Source: a virus (Duplodnaviria; Heunggongvirae; Uroviricota; Caudoviricetes). From it: DNA of 64,000 nucleotides. The notes under the pieces are model-generated. The model saw only the letters and a list, made by a program, of their open reading frames with translations. It was not told where the DNA came from and ran no database searches. Below are positions 55,053 through 63,965 of this stretch, one piece after another; within the stretch, counting starts at the first letter, position 1, and every line of letters begins with the position of its first letter. A program made the translations under genes and the position numbers. Where the stretch lies: positions 111,836 to 175,835 of IMG/VR virus record IMGVR_UViG_3300033076_000838. The stretch is one strand, 5' to 3'.

Positions 55053-55778
55053 ATGGCAGAGAATCAATCCCAAAAACACAAGCAGTTGACAGAACAAATA
55101 CAAGAAGATAAAACAAACAGACCAAAGGCTCCAATTAAGTTTCAGTTACAATTAAACGAAGAACAAAAAGAAGCAAAAGAAAAGATTCTCAATAACGCAA
55201 TTACCATCCTAAGTGGTAAAGCTGGAAGTGGTAAAACTCTTTTGGCATGTCAGGCAGCATTGGATATGTTGTTCAAAAAGAAAATCAATAAAATTATTAT
55301 CACAAGACCGACAGTTAGTAAAGAAGAAATCGGATTCTTACCAGGTGACCTTAGAGAAAAAATGGAGCCGTGGATGCAACCAATTTATTCTAACTTTTAT
55401 CAATTATACAATAAAGAAAAAATTGATAAGATTTTAGAATCTGGTCAAGTAGAAATCGTTCCTCTTGCATTTATGAGAGGTAGAACTTTTTTAGATTCAT
55501 TTATTATTGTGGATGAAGCACAAAACTGCACGAATGACCAAATGGAAATGATTACATCTCGTTTAGGTATTCGTAGTAAAATGGTAATTTGTGGTGATAC
55601 CCAACAAGTGGATTTAAAATATAAGGGAGAAAGTGGATTTAAGTTCTTATTATCCGTTGCAAAGAAAATTAAGGATATGGATTCCCAAACCCTACTTACC
55701 AACCATAGACACCCAGTCGTTGATGCCCTATTAGATGCATATACTGAATTCAACGAAACAATAGGTAAAAAATCATAA
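55053..55778 (+). CDS. phoH: PhoH-like ATPase
   Basis: Walker A SGKAGSGKT; ITRP, GFLPG, IVDEAQN and GD-QQ-DL blocks typical of PhoH. Confidence 0.7.
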   Translation: MAENQSQKHKQLTEQIQEDKTNRPKAPIKFQLQLNEEQKEAKEKILNNAITILSGKAGSGKTLLACQAALDMLFKKKINKIIITRPTVSKEEIGFLPGDLREKMEPWMQPIYSNFYQLYNKEKIDKILESGQVEIVPLAFMRGRTFLDSFIIVDEAQNCTNDQMEMITSRLGIRSKMVICGDTQQVDLKYKGESGFKFLLSVAKKIKDMDSQTLLTNHRHPVVDALLDAYTEFNETIGKKS

Positions 55779-55792
55779 GTAGTTGATAATGA

Positions 55793-55818
55793 ATGGGTTA
55801 GAAAATAACCCATTTTTT
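55793..55818 (+). terminator. intrinsic terminator (near-duplicate of the 28106 copy)
   Basis: ATGGGTT-AGAAAAT-AACCCAT plus T-run. Confidence 0.5.
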
Positions 55819-55857
55819 ATTTGGAAAATCCAAAAAAACATCGTATATTAGCATATA
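55819..55857 (+). promoter_or_regulatory. phage promoter cassette
   Basis: TATTTGGAAAATCC...CATCGTATATTAGCATAT. Confidence 0.45.
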
Positions 55858-56219
55858 TGAATAAGAGAGATATTTCCCAAATAATTCACCAATACTTTGA
55901 TAAGATAGTTTCACATTATGGGTATTCATCCCATCATACTGAAACGCCCTGGTTGGTTATTGAGGATTCTCCATATTCAGATGCTGATGATAAAGATATA
56001 ATCGGTGAGTATTGTGCGATGGATAATGAGTTGATTGTGTATTGGAAAAACATCAAAGATACGGAAGAGTTGATTAAAACTCTTATTCATGAATATCAAC
56101 ATTATTTACAATCTCCTTCATGGATGACACGTTATTACAAAATGGGGTATGATTATCATAATCATCCATACGAAACTATTGCCTACGAAAGAGAGAAAGA
56201 TTATAAATTATTTATATGA
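55821..56219 (+). CDS. small HExxH (zincin-like) protein, paralog of 35151-35561
   Basis: HEYQHYLQSPSWMTRYYKMGY...HPYE. Confidence 0.45.
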   Translation: MENPKKHRILAYMNKRDISQIIHQYFDKIVSHYGYSSHHTETPWLVIEDSPYSDADDKDIIGEYCAMDNELIVYWKNIKDTEELIKTLIHEYQHYLQSPSWMTRYYKMGYDYHNHPYETIAYEREKDYKLFI

Positions 56220-56581
56220 AAACAAAGCAATTCAAAAGCGAATTTAACCCAACATTAGAAGTTGCAATAATGGGAAAAGATGATTTCCGTTATGAGATTA
56301 TTAAACCTATGTTTGAGGAATATGGTTTTGGATTTATCTTACCTGCATTTAATTTAATCGTAATGGATGGTGAATTGAAGTTAGGTAAAGACATTTATAA
56401 ATTTATCGAGGCGCATGAAGTTGCACATTATATGTTAGGTCATACCGAACATCATAATTCAGATGATGAAATTATGGCTGATAGATTAGCTCATAAAATG
56501 TTGGATGGTAAGGGATATAAAAAATCGGCACAATTGGTAATTGATAAGTTCGAAGAAAGACACGGAATAAAATTTTATTAA
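56216..56581 (+). CDS. small HExxH protein (ImmA/IrrE-like motif)
   Basis: EAHEVAHYMLGH. Confidence 0.4.
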   Translation: MKTKQFKSEFNPTLEVAIMGKDDFRYEIIKPMFEEYGFGFILPAFNLIVMDGELKLGKDIYKFIEAHEVAHYMLGHTEHHNSDDEIMADRLAHKMLDGKGYKKSAQLVIDKFEERHGIKFY

Positions 56582-56585
56582 AAAT

Positions 56586-56624
56586 ATTAGGATATATGAA
56601 AATAATTTCGTATGTTAGCTGAGT
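56586..56624 (+). promoter_or_regulatory. phage promoter cassette
   Basis: ATTAGGATATATGAAAATAATTTCGTATGTTAGCTGAGTAATA. Confidence 0.5.
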
Positions 56625-56638
56625 AATAAGAACACACT

Positions 56639-57061
56639 ATGGGTAAATATAAATTCAAAAATCGCAAGTTTCCAATTCAGTTTCAGAAAGTAGTTGATTA
56701 CATCAATAACCTAAAAGGTATTGAGGTTTCCCTTTCTAACTCTACTTGTTTTATGGGACACTTTAATAGACAGATTTTCATTCATCACAATTACGATTTG
56801 AATGAGAATGGATTATTTGCTTTACTACATGAATGTGGACATGCATTACAACCGGTAAATAATGTTGGCTGTAATGCTTACAAAAACATCGATAATGATG
56901 AACATCCAAAAGAATTTATGATGGGTCAATTCTTAAATGAATTAGATGCATGGAATAGAGGATGGGATATTGCTCAAAAATTAAACCTTAAAATAAATGT
57001 TAAACAATTTGAAAAAGAAAAACAAATGGCTTTACTTACCTATTTTACTACTACTTGCTAG
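56639..57061 (+). CDS. small HExxH protein
   Basis: LLHECGHALQP. Confidence 0.4.
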   Translation: MGKYKFKNRKFPIQFQKVVDYINNLKGIEVSLSNSTCFMGHFNRQIFIHHNYDLNENGLFALLHECGHALQPVNNVGCNAYKNIDNDEHPKEFMMGQFLNELDAWNRGWDIAQKLNLKINVKQFEKEKQMALLTYFTTTC

Positions 57062-58238
57062 TTGTACTAAGGAAGATATACCAACTCCACAACCGATACC
57101 ATCGGTAGTAAATACTGATAAACTAAAACAATCTACTACAATTTATAATGAAAGTGTTTTTAATCAAGAAAACAATTTAGGTTGGTATAGTTCTCATTTA
57201 GGAAATACTCCTACAAAAGATGTTGCAGTTGGTGTTGCGTATTTTGATTTTAATGGAGATTCGGAAATGGATATGTTACTTAAAAACGCTAGTAGTGGTA
57301 TATTTGAATTTTGGATTAAATCGGGTAATACCTACATAAAAGAAGATTACACTAAGGGTAAGATTATCCAATTAAAAGGAACGCGTAGAATTATTACCAC
57401 CGATATAAATGGGGATAAGTATGTAGATTTCGTATTAGCATTAGCAGATGATAATGATTTTACACAACGAGGATTATATTTTCTTAAAGGTGATAAAGAT
57501 GGGTTTGAACTGATTCAATATTCAAACGATAGTAAAGATTTTTATCATGGTGCCACTGCAGGAGATGTAAATAAAGATGGTAAAATAGATATTATACTTT
57601 CCGGCCCAACTTATTTCTTAGCAGGAAATGGTGATTTTACATTTTCAAAAATAGATTGGCCTACACAAATGTTAGAAATGGGTGGGTTGGGTTTATATTT
57701 TGGAGCAGCATGTATGGATTTGGTTGATTTAAATAAAGATGGATATTTGGATTTGATTAGAGGATTTCATAATAACAAAGACGAACAGCCAGGAAATTTA
57801 TATGGTAAATCTATGATAATTAATTTTGGCAAATCTGATTATCCGTACTTTGGAGAAAAACAATACTTGGAAACGATAGAACCAAATTCAAACGTTACGT
57901 TAGATTTTGCTTTCTATGATTACGATAAAGATGGTGATATAGATATTTTTTCAAATAGTAATTTTGATTATAACGATGAATACTATATTCAGTATTTTGA
58001 AAATAATTCAGGCAAATTTTCCAATAAAACCAAAACAATATTTGATGGGGATTCGTATAAAGTTTTTAACCATTATGCAATTGATTGGATTAAAGTATGT
58101 GATTGGGATAAGGATGGTAATGTTGAAATCTTAATAGAAGGTAAGAATCATAAAAGAGAAAATGGCGTATGGGTAGAACCCAATTTTAACTCATTTAAGA
58201 TGGGAACAAGTGGTAAATTTTTACAATATAAGTTTTAA
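56997..58238 (+). CDS. lipoprotein with FG-GAP / beta-propeller-type Asp-rich repeats
   Basis: Lipobox LLLASC; repeated D-x-[DN]-x-DG blocks (DINGDKYVD, DVNKDGKID, DLNKDGYLD, DYDKDGDID, DWDKDGNVE). Confidence 0.5.
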   Translation: MLNNLKKKNKWLYLPILLLLASCTKEDIPTPQPIPSVVNTDKLKQSTTIYNESVFNQENNLGWYSSHLGNTPTKDVAVGVAYFDFNGDSEMDMLLKNASSGIFEFWIKSGNTYIKEDYTKGKIIQLKGTRRIITTDINGDKYVDFVLALADDNDFTQRGLYFLKGDKDGFELIQYSNDSKDFYHGATAGDVNKDGKIDIILSGPTYFLAGNGDFTFSKIDWPTQMLEMGGLGLYFGAACMDLVDLNKDGYLDLIRGFHNNKDEQPGNLYGKSMIINFGKSDYPYFGEKQYLETIEPNSNVTLDFAFYDYDKDGDIDIFSNSNFDYNDEYYIQYFENNSGKFSNKTKTIFDGDSYKVFNHYAIDWIKVCDWDKDGNVEILIEGKNHKRENGVWVEPNFNSFKMGTSGKFLQYKF

Positions 58239-58297
58239 TTGATAATCAACTAGTTACATATTATGATAAAAAAAGTTTCTAAATAGATAAGAAAATG

Positions 58298-58336
58298 TTT
58301 GGATATATGAGAAATTCTTCGTATATTAGCTGTATA
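58298..58336 (+). promoter_or_regulatory. phage promoter cassette
   Basis: TGTTTGGATATATGAGAAATTCTTCGTATATTAGCTGTATAAG. Confidence 0.5.
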
Positions 58337-58364
58337 AGATTGAGAGATAATAAAAGACAACAAA

Positions 58365-58844
58365 ATGAACAAAAAAATTATTTACATTGACATGGATGGT
58401 GTGTTGGTCGATTTAAAGGCCGAGTTTGACAAGTGGTTTGAACGTCATCCACATTTAGTTGATAAATACAAAAAATGTCCTGACCATATTCCTGGTATTT
58501 TCCGAATTCCCCCACCAATCGAAGGGGCAGTTGAGGCAGTTAAGAAATTGGCAGAAAGTGGAAAGTACGAATTGTTTATCGCTACCGCAGCACCGTGGGG
58601 AAACCCTGATTCTGCTTCCGATAAACGATATTGGGTTGAGGAATACTTTGGAAACATCTTCCACAAACGAATGATTGTTACTCACCGAAAAGACCTTTTA
58701 ATGGGCGATTACTTAATTGATGACCGATTAAAGAATGGGGCCGGAGAATTTAGAGGTGAATTATTACGATTTGGTTGGGCGTATGAGAGTGAAACTTGGA
58801 ATGAATATCCAAATTGGGAATCAATCTTAAACAAATTGTTATGA
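58365..58844 (+). CDS. 5'(3')-deoxyribonucleotidase-like HAD hydrolase (NT5C type)
   Basis: IIYIDMDGVLVDLKAEF N-terminus. Confidence 0.5.
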   Translation: MNKKIIYIDMDGVLVDLKAEFDKWFERHPHLVDKYKKCPDHIPGIFRIPPPIEGAVEAVKKLAESGKYELFIATAAPWGNPDSASDKRYWVEEYFGNIFHKRMIVTHRKDLLMGDYLIDDRLKNGAGEFRGELLRFGWAYESETWNEYPNWESILNKLL

Positions 58845-59398
58845 TAAACAAATGGGTGATAATTGGGTGTTTACTATTTACTGCTTGTAGTAAAGAGGAT
58901 ATTGGAGAACCGCAATGGGGACCAGAACAACAAATTCGACAAAATACTACTACACAAACAAAACCAATACCAATATTAGAATTGGATGGTAGATTACCAA
59001 TAGATAGAAACGGATATTATCACTTACCATTAGTTAGTACATCTACCCAAACTATACATCGAATTACCGGTAGTGTAAAAAATACAATAGAACCGATAAA
59101 GGTAGAATGGGAAAATAATTTGTTTTGGTGGTTACTAAAAGGTGATACGATTAGTAATGTAACCAAACTATATATCAATCCCCTCGATGGTTCACGTAAT
59201 TACGTTAATTTACCCCCAATTACTACTTGGAAGGATGAGTTAGTACCAACGATAAATACATCTTCATATGCCGGCACAAACGGGGAAATAAATACGGTCA
59301 TTGCTCCTATCTATAAAATGAAAGGTGATACGATGCGAGTGGTATGTAGAGTAATTGAATATAATGTAAGTAAACAAATAAACATAGTATTAGAGTGA
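58841..59398 (+). CDS. lipoprotein
   Basis: MINKWVIIGCLLFTAC lipobox; start trimmed to the ATG overlapping the upstream stop. Confidence 0.45.
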   Translation: MINKWVIIGCLLFTACSKEDIGEPQWGPEQQIRQNTTTQTKPIPILELDGRLPIDRNGYYHLPLVSTSTQTIHRITGSVKNTIEPIKVEWENNLFWWLLKGDTISNVTKLYINPLDGSRNYVNLPPITTWKDELVPTINTSSYAGTNGEINTVIAPIYKMKGDTMRVVCRVIEYNVSKQINIVLE

Positions 59399-59724
59399 GT
59401 AAGAAAAAAATGTCACCCATATCATTTCCAGAATCTTTGATTACGGAACAAATCTTTGAAAGACAAGGTTGGGAAAAAGTTCAGCTAGATGAAGATGAAG
59501 GCCCGAATGGATATTATTGGATATTACCTTTACCAAAAGATAATCCATCCGAAGATGCTCCAATTTTAATTTCATCGGTAAATGATGAGTGGAAAGATAT
59601 TGGATTACCAGAAGGTAGTTATGTAGTTGAAATTGAAGATTTTTTAGGATTAGGATTTTGTGAAAGTGTAGAACAATTAGAAATCTTATATCGAGCATTA
59701 ACTGGTTCAGAAATAGACGATTAA
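59395..59724 (+). CDS. acidic hypothetical protein
   Basis: ORF track. Confidence 0.4.
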   Translation: MSKKKMSPISFPESLITEQIFERQGWEKVQLDEDEGPNGYYWILPLPKDNPSEDAPILISSVNDEWKDIGLPEGSYVVEIEDFLGLGFCESVEQLEILYRALTGSEIDD

Positions 59725-59734
59725 AATATAAATT

Positions 59735-60394
59735 ATGAAAAATTACACAGCAGAAGACCTACAAAAGAATTATGATAAATTCATTGAGGCATTGAGTAAA
59801 GTATTTAGTGGTGAAAGATTAGAGAAATTAAAGTTTATGTATTCCGAAGGTGAATTGGGAACTGAATTAGTCTTAGCACCTGCAAGTGGTAAAGAACATT
59901 ACCATTCGGCATATACTGGCGGATACTTAGACCATGTGATGAATGTAGCACGTAATGCATATAAAATGAAGAAGATTTATGAAGAAGGTGGAATCAAAGT
60001 AGATTTTACTGATGAAGAATTATTCTTTGCAGCATTCCATCACGATTTAGGTAAGTTGGGTACAAAGGGTAAACCACATTATATTGAGGAAGAATCTGAA
60101 TGGCATAAAAAGAATCAGGGTTCTATGTTTAAAATAAATGGTGAAAATCATTATATGGATGTAACCCATCGTGCATTATGGTTACTTAATCAATATGGTA
60201 TCACATATACCGAAAAAGAAATGATTGGGATTATGTTAGCAGATGGATTATACAACGAAGGTACTAAACCTTACTTTATCAGTTTCCGCCCCGAGATGAG
60301 GTTAAAAACCGACCTTCCGTACATTCTACATTGGGCAGACCATATGAGTTGTAGACAAGAGAATAAGCAGTGGGAAGATTCGCAAGTATTCTAA
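59735..60394 (+). CDS. HD-domain phosphohydrolase
   Basis: H...FHHDLGK motif. Confidence 0.5.
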   Translation: MKNYTAEDLQKNYDKFIEALSKVFSGERLEKLKFMYSEGELGTELVLAPASGKEHYHSAYTGGYLDHVMNVARNAYKMKKIYEEGGIKVDFTDEELFFAAFHHDLGKLGTKGKPHYIEEESEWHKKNQGSMFKINGENHYMDVTHRALWLLNQYGITYTEKEMIGIMLADGLYNEGTKPYFISFRPEMRLKTDLPYILHWADHMSCRQENKQWEDSQVF

Positions 60395-60509
60395 CTGACA
60401 AGTTGTCAAATGAATTTTTAAAATACTGACAATATGTCATATAATATCGATTGGTATGGATATTGTATAATATGTGGTATATTGTTTAACTAAAAAAAAG
60501 AAAAAGATT

Positions 60510-60905
60510 ATGTACACAGCAAATTTAAACCATTTATTAGATTTATTTGAAAAAGATTTACCAAAATGGCCAAACTGGACAACAACAACAATCAACGAAT
60601 CTCCGTTAGGATATGTCAAACAACATGATGATTCATATCAACTTGCGTTTGATGTAGTAGGACATTCAAAAGAATCAATCAATATTGATGTAGAAGGAAA
60701 CCTTTTAAAAATCAAAGCAGAAACTAAATTAGAAGAAGATTCTATTCTTAAAAATTTGGTTTCAACTATAAACCATTCGATTCGTATTTCAAATACATAT
60801 GATATTACACAAACATCTGCTGAGGTGGAAAATGGTATCTTATTAATCAGTATTCCAAAAAAGGAAGAAGCAAAACAAAAGAAAATTTCAGTAAAAGTAA
60901 AATAG
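60510..60905 (+). CDS. small heat-shock protein (Hsp20 / alpha-crystallin family)
   Basis: YQLAFDVVGHSKESINIDVEGNLLKIKAE ... GILLISIPKK is a typical ACD; start trimmed to the second ATG. Confidence 0.55.
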   Translation: MYTANLNHLLDLFEKDLPKWPNWTTTTINESPLGYVKQHDDSYQLAFDVVGHSKESINIDVEGNLLKIKAETKLEEDSILKNLVSTINHSIRISNTYDITQTSAEVENGILLISIPKKEEAKQKKISVKVK

Positions 60906-60927
60906 TTTTAGTATCTCTCTCTCATAA

Positions 60928-60957
60928 AAGGTCATCATTATATGGTGGCCTTTTTTA
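60928..60957. terminator. bidirectional intrinsic terminator between convergent gene blocks
   Basis: AAGGTCATC-ATTATAT-GGTGGCCTT, flanked by T-runs on both strands. Confidence 0.55.
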
Positions 60958-61338
60958 TATTAAAGAATTGGTGTAGTTATTACCAAAGTTTTTTAAGATT
61001 ATGTTATTGAAATATTGTTTATAAAAAACACCTGCAGGAGCATTTGTTAAGATTTCCATAAATACATAATCAACAACAATTTCATCTCCAACATTTATAT
61101 TACAATTTGCATATAAATCATATCCATCTAAATTGATGGTTTCTTTTACATAGGTATTTGGTGTATTTGAATGATTACAATATCTACCCAACTCTCTATC
61201 ATACCATCCGTAAATATTTTTTGGATATTCTTTAATCGGTGTATTTTTATAATATTCACCTATGAATTCATCTTTTACAAATATCTTTGTTGCAAATACT
61301 GCTTTACCTTTTATTTTAGTATCTAAGATAGAATACAT
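60955..61338 (-). CDS. SET-domain protein (putative protein-lysine methyltransferase)
   Basis: RYCNHSNTPN (NHSxxPN motif) and the C-terminal GDEIVVDY post-SET-like block. Confidence 0.5.
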   Translation of the reverse strand: MYSILDTKIKGKAVFATKIFVKDEFIGEYYKNTPIKEYPKNIYGWYDRELGRYCNHSNTPNTYVKETINLDGYDLYANCNINVGDEIVVDYVFMEILTNAPAGVFYKQYFNNIILKNFGNNYTNSLI

Positions 61339-61955
61339 TATAATAAATGTTTTAAACTATCATCACTATAAAAATCAACACCATTAAATTTCGTATGCCA
61401 TATGACATATTGGTTGTTTTGAAATAATCGATGGTGTTTCCATGAATCTGGCCAAGATGCTACCTCTTCATCGGTAAACGTTATAATTTCAGAATTTAAT
61501 TTACTATTAGGGTGATAGTGTGCATAATAGGTTAATATTGTCCCTTCTTTACAATTAGGTTTAACCATATCCATAAAAAATGGAAGATTTCCATCAGTAT
61601 CGGTATCAAAATATACACCATCAAATTTTTTATCTTCTAATGGTAATACATCTACCCAATTACCAAAAATAACATTTATTGGTATAGTTTTTGTCTTTGC
61701 CCATTCTAATGCTCGTTGATATTGTTGTGGATGAATTTCTATGACAGTATAAGATGTTACGTTTGGATTACTTGTAATGAAATCTGCAGAGATGTGCATA
61801 CCAAATCCTAACTCTAAAATATCACCACCATTTTGTATAGTAATTTCTGCCATACGTTTTGATATTTTAGTTTCACATACGTGCATTATTGTATGATTAG
61901 TTTCTGGATTATAAATCCCCTCATCAGTAATAATAATATTTTCAGTTCCGTTCAT
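61338..61955 (-). CDS. class I SAM-dependent methyltransferase-like protein
   Basis: GGDILELGFGMH, a glycine-rich motif I. Confidence 0.45.
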   Translation of the reverse strand: MNGTENIIITDEGIYNPETNHTIMHVCETKISKRMAEITIQNGGDILELGFGMHISADFITSNPNVTSYTVIEIHPQQYQRALEWAKTKTIPINVIFGNWVDVLPLEDKKFDGVYFDTDTDGNLPFFMDMVKPNCKEGTILTYYAHYHPNSKLNSEIITFTDEEVASWPDSWKHHRLFQNNQYVIWHTKFNGVDFYSDDSLKHLL

Positions 61956-62659
61956 TACAATATAGTTGTTGGTTTATTTAAGTTTGGATGTTTTATATAA
62001 ATAGATGATTTTTGTAATGAGTTGAAATCTAATAATGTTAAATCATTTTCTGGTTTATATGTTGGAATATATTTGTTAATTTTATAATCGGTATCTAATA
62101 AAAATTTATAAAACCATACCCAAACTGATTCATTTGGTTTTGAATTTGACTTTCCTTTTACTTGTCTAATATTACCACTTTCAGTTTCATATACAATTAT
62201 CATATGACTTATATTTGAATCTTTGGTTTGTTCTCTTAACTCTAATGTAGTATGACCGTAATTTACTCTACCACAATCCTCCATTCTAAGCATGGATTCA
62301 ATACAAAACAATTTTTGTAAATCTATCCAATAAAATCCAATCCCATTTTCTCTATAATCTAAAATAATTTTATTTTTCTCTATATAATTTTGAGTATCGT
62401 AGGTTTTTTTATATTGATTAAAAAAATTTATCCATATATTTTGAATTTTGGTTAATGATATTGCATCTAATGATTCATATGATATAGTTGTGGAATCTAC
62501 ATAATTACAAAGATGATATACCATATTTATTATATCCGATTTTTTTATGGAATTAATATCATCAATATCATTTTTCAACTTATTAAAAATAATACTACCC
62601 AAATCTGGTCCTAATATTTTATAAATCTCTTGCTCTCTTTTGGATAATTTGCTTGACAT
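61955..62659 (-). CDS. hypothetical protein
   Basis: ORF track; translationally coupled to its neighbours. Confidence 0.45.
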   Translation of the reverse strand: MSSKLSKREQEIYKILGPDLGSIIFNKLKNDIDDINSIKKSDIINMVYHLCNYVDSTTISYESLDAISLTKIQNIWINFFNQYKKTYDTQNYIEKNKIILDYRENGIGFYWIDLQKLFCIESMLRMEDCGRVNYGHTTLELREQTKDSNISHMIIVYETESGNIRQVKGKSNSKPNESVWVWFYKFLLDTDYKINKYIPTYKPENDLTLLDFNSLQKSSIYIKHPNLNKPTTIL

Positions 62660-63267
62660 TATATTAAAGTTTTATCAGATTTTTTATAAAATTCTACATT
62701 TACATCGTATTGTATCGATTGCGATTTGATTTTATTTATATCGTTTAAATTACTTATATCAAATCCGTTTTCGATTAAAAAACTAATTGATGTTTCTAAA
62801 TCATTACATACGTTTTTATATAATTCATTATTTAAACTTACTTCAATTTTACCTGCACGGATTGATTGTAATTTATCACCAAATGATTTTAATATTGTCA
62901 AATCATTACCTTGTGCATCGCAGTGAAAATAATCAATAATATCAATATTGTTTTGAATTAAAAATGTATCCATTCTAATAACATCAACCAATACTTGAGA
63001 TACATATTTAATTTTGGTATTCTCTTTTGAAAATGTAGATAATTCATATAAAGATGATGATTGTCCATCTGCTGAAATATTAAATGTGGATGTGCCATCA
63101 AAATCACTAACAGCCTTTTCTATTATTTGAATGTTTGTATTATTTTTAAATTTATATCGTAATGTTTTTGCAAGAAATGGATTTGGTTCAAATGACCATA
63201 TTATAGCATCTTTGAAAAACTTAGAAGTATTACCACCATCATTAGCACCGATTTCTATTATATTCAT
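62659..63267 (-). CDS. FkbM-family methyltransferase
   Basis: MNIIEIGANDGGNT N-terminus. Confidence 0.5.
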   Translation of the reverse strand: MNIIEIGANDGGNTSKFFKDAIIWSFEPNPFLAKTLRYKFKNNTNIQIIEKAVSDFDGTSTFNISADGQSSSLYELSTFSKENTKIKYVSQVLVDVIRMDTFLIQNNIDIIDYFHCDAQGNDLTILKSFGDKLQSIRAGKIEVSLNNELYKNVCNDLETSISFLIENGFDISNLNDINKIKSQSIQYDVNVEFYKKSDKTLI

Positions 63268-63965
63268 TATAATATTTTTTTAGTGTTATTAAATCTACTT
63301 GTAACATTTTTCTCGGCCATATGACATAATCCATTTGAATCTAGATTTTCATATGATGGGTTTTCGTTAAATAAATAATTTATATCCGTAAAATACAAAT
63401 TTGGATATTGTTGATTCAACGTTATAGGTGGAATAGTATTATATCGTTTAGAAAAAAAATCGTAATTAATATCTATGATATTTAATACTTCTGAATATGC
63501 TTTATTAATCAATTCGTATTTGTTTGTAGATAATATGGATGTATTATTTAATTCGGTAAATTCTAATTTATTAATAGAATATTTTTCAAAAATATATTCA
63601 AAATCAGATATAGCATTTAATTTAATAGGATGTTTGTAACACAGATTTAATTTATCTGGAATTATTATTTTATCTAATTTACTAAAATCTTTAATAATCA
63701 AATCATTATCCAAATGAATGAATGGTCTATCTATTAGTGATAATACTTTTAATTTTGGATAAGACCATAACGTATCTATTTTATATTTAGTATCAACATC
63801 AAATTCAATCCAATTATATTGTAGTGATGTATTTTTAAAATAATCAATATCCGAATATATGGTTGGGATTATACCATATGTATTTAGATTTTGAATAGAA
63901 TATCTTAAATACACTTCTGTCACATCTTTTAATCTTATAGGTAAGTAAGTGAATACAACATCCAT
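63267..63965 (-). CDS. hypothetical protein (possible glycosyltransferase-like)
   Basis: ORF track; first gene of the minus-strand cassette. Confidence 0.4.
   Translation of the reverse strand: MDVVFTYLPIRLKDVTEVYLRYSIQNLNTYGIIPTIYSDIDYFKNTSLQYNWIEFDVDTKYKIDTLWSYPKLKVLSLIDRPFIHLDNDLIIKDFSKLDKIIIPDKLNLCYKHPIKLNAISDFEYIFEKYSINKLEFTELNNTSILSTNKYELINKAYSEVLNIIDINYDFFSKRYNTIPPITLNQQYPNLYFTDINYLFNENPSYENLDSNGLCHMAEKNVTSRFNNTKKIL

Noticed and set aside
55213-55437. Internal + strand ORFs in alternative frames: 55213-55437 in phoH, 26774-26959, 34087-34296 and 58459-58674
   Set aside because: They are out of frame within genes that carry clear conserved motifs (PhoH, P-loop kinase, Rnl, NT5C).
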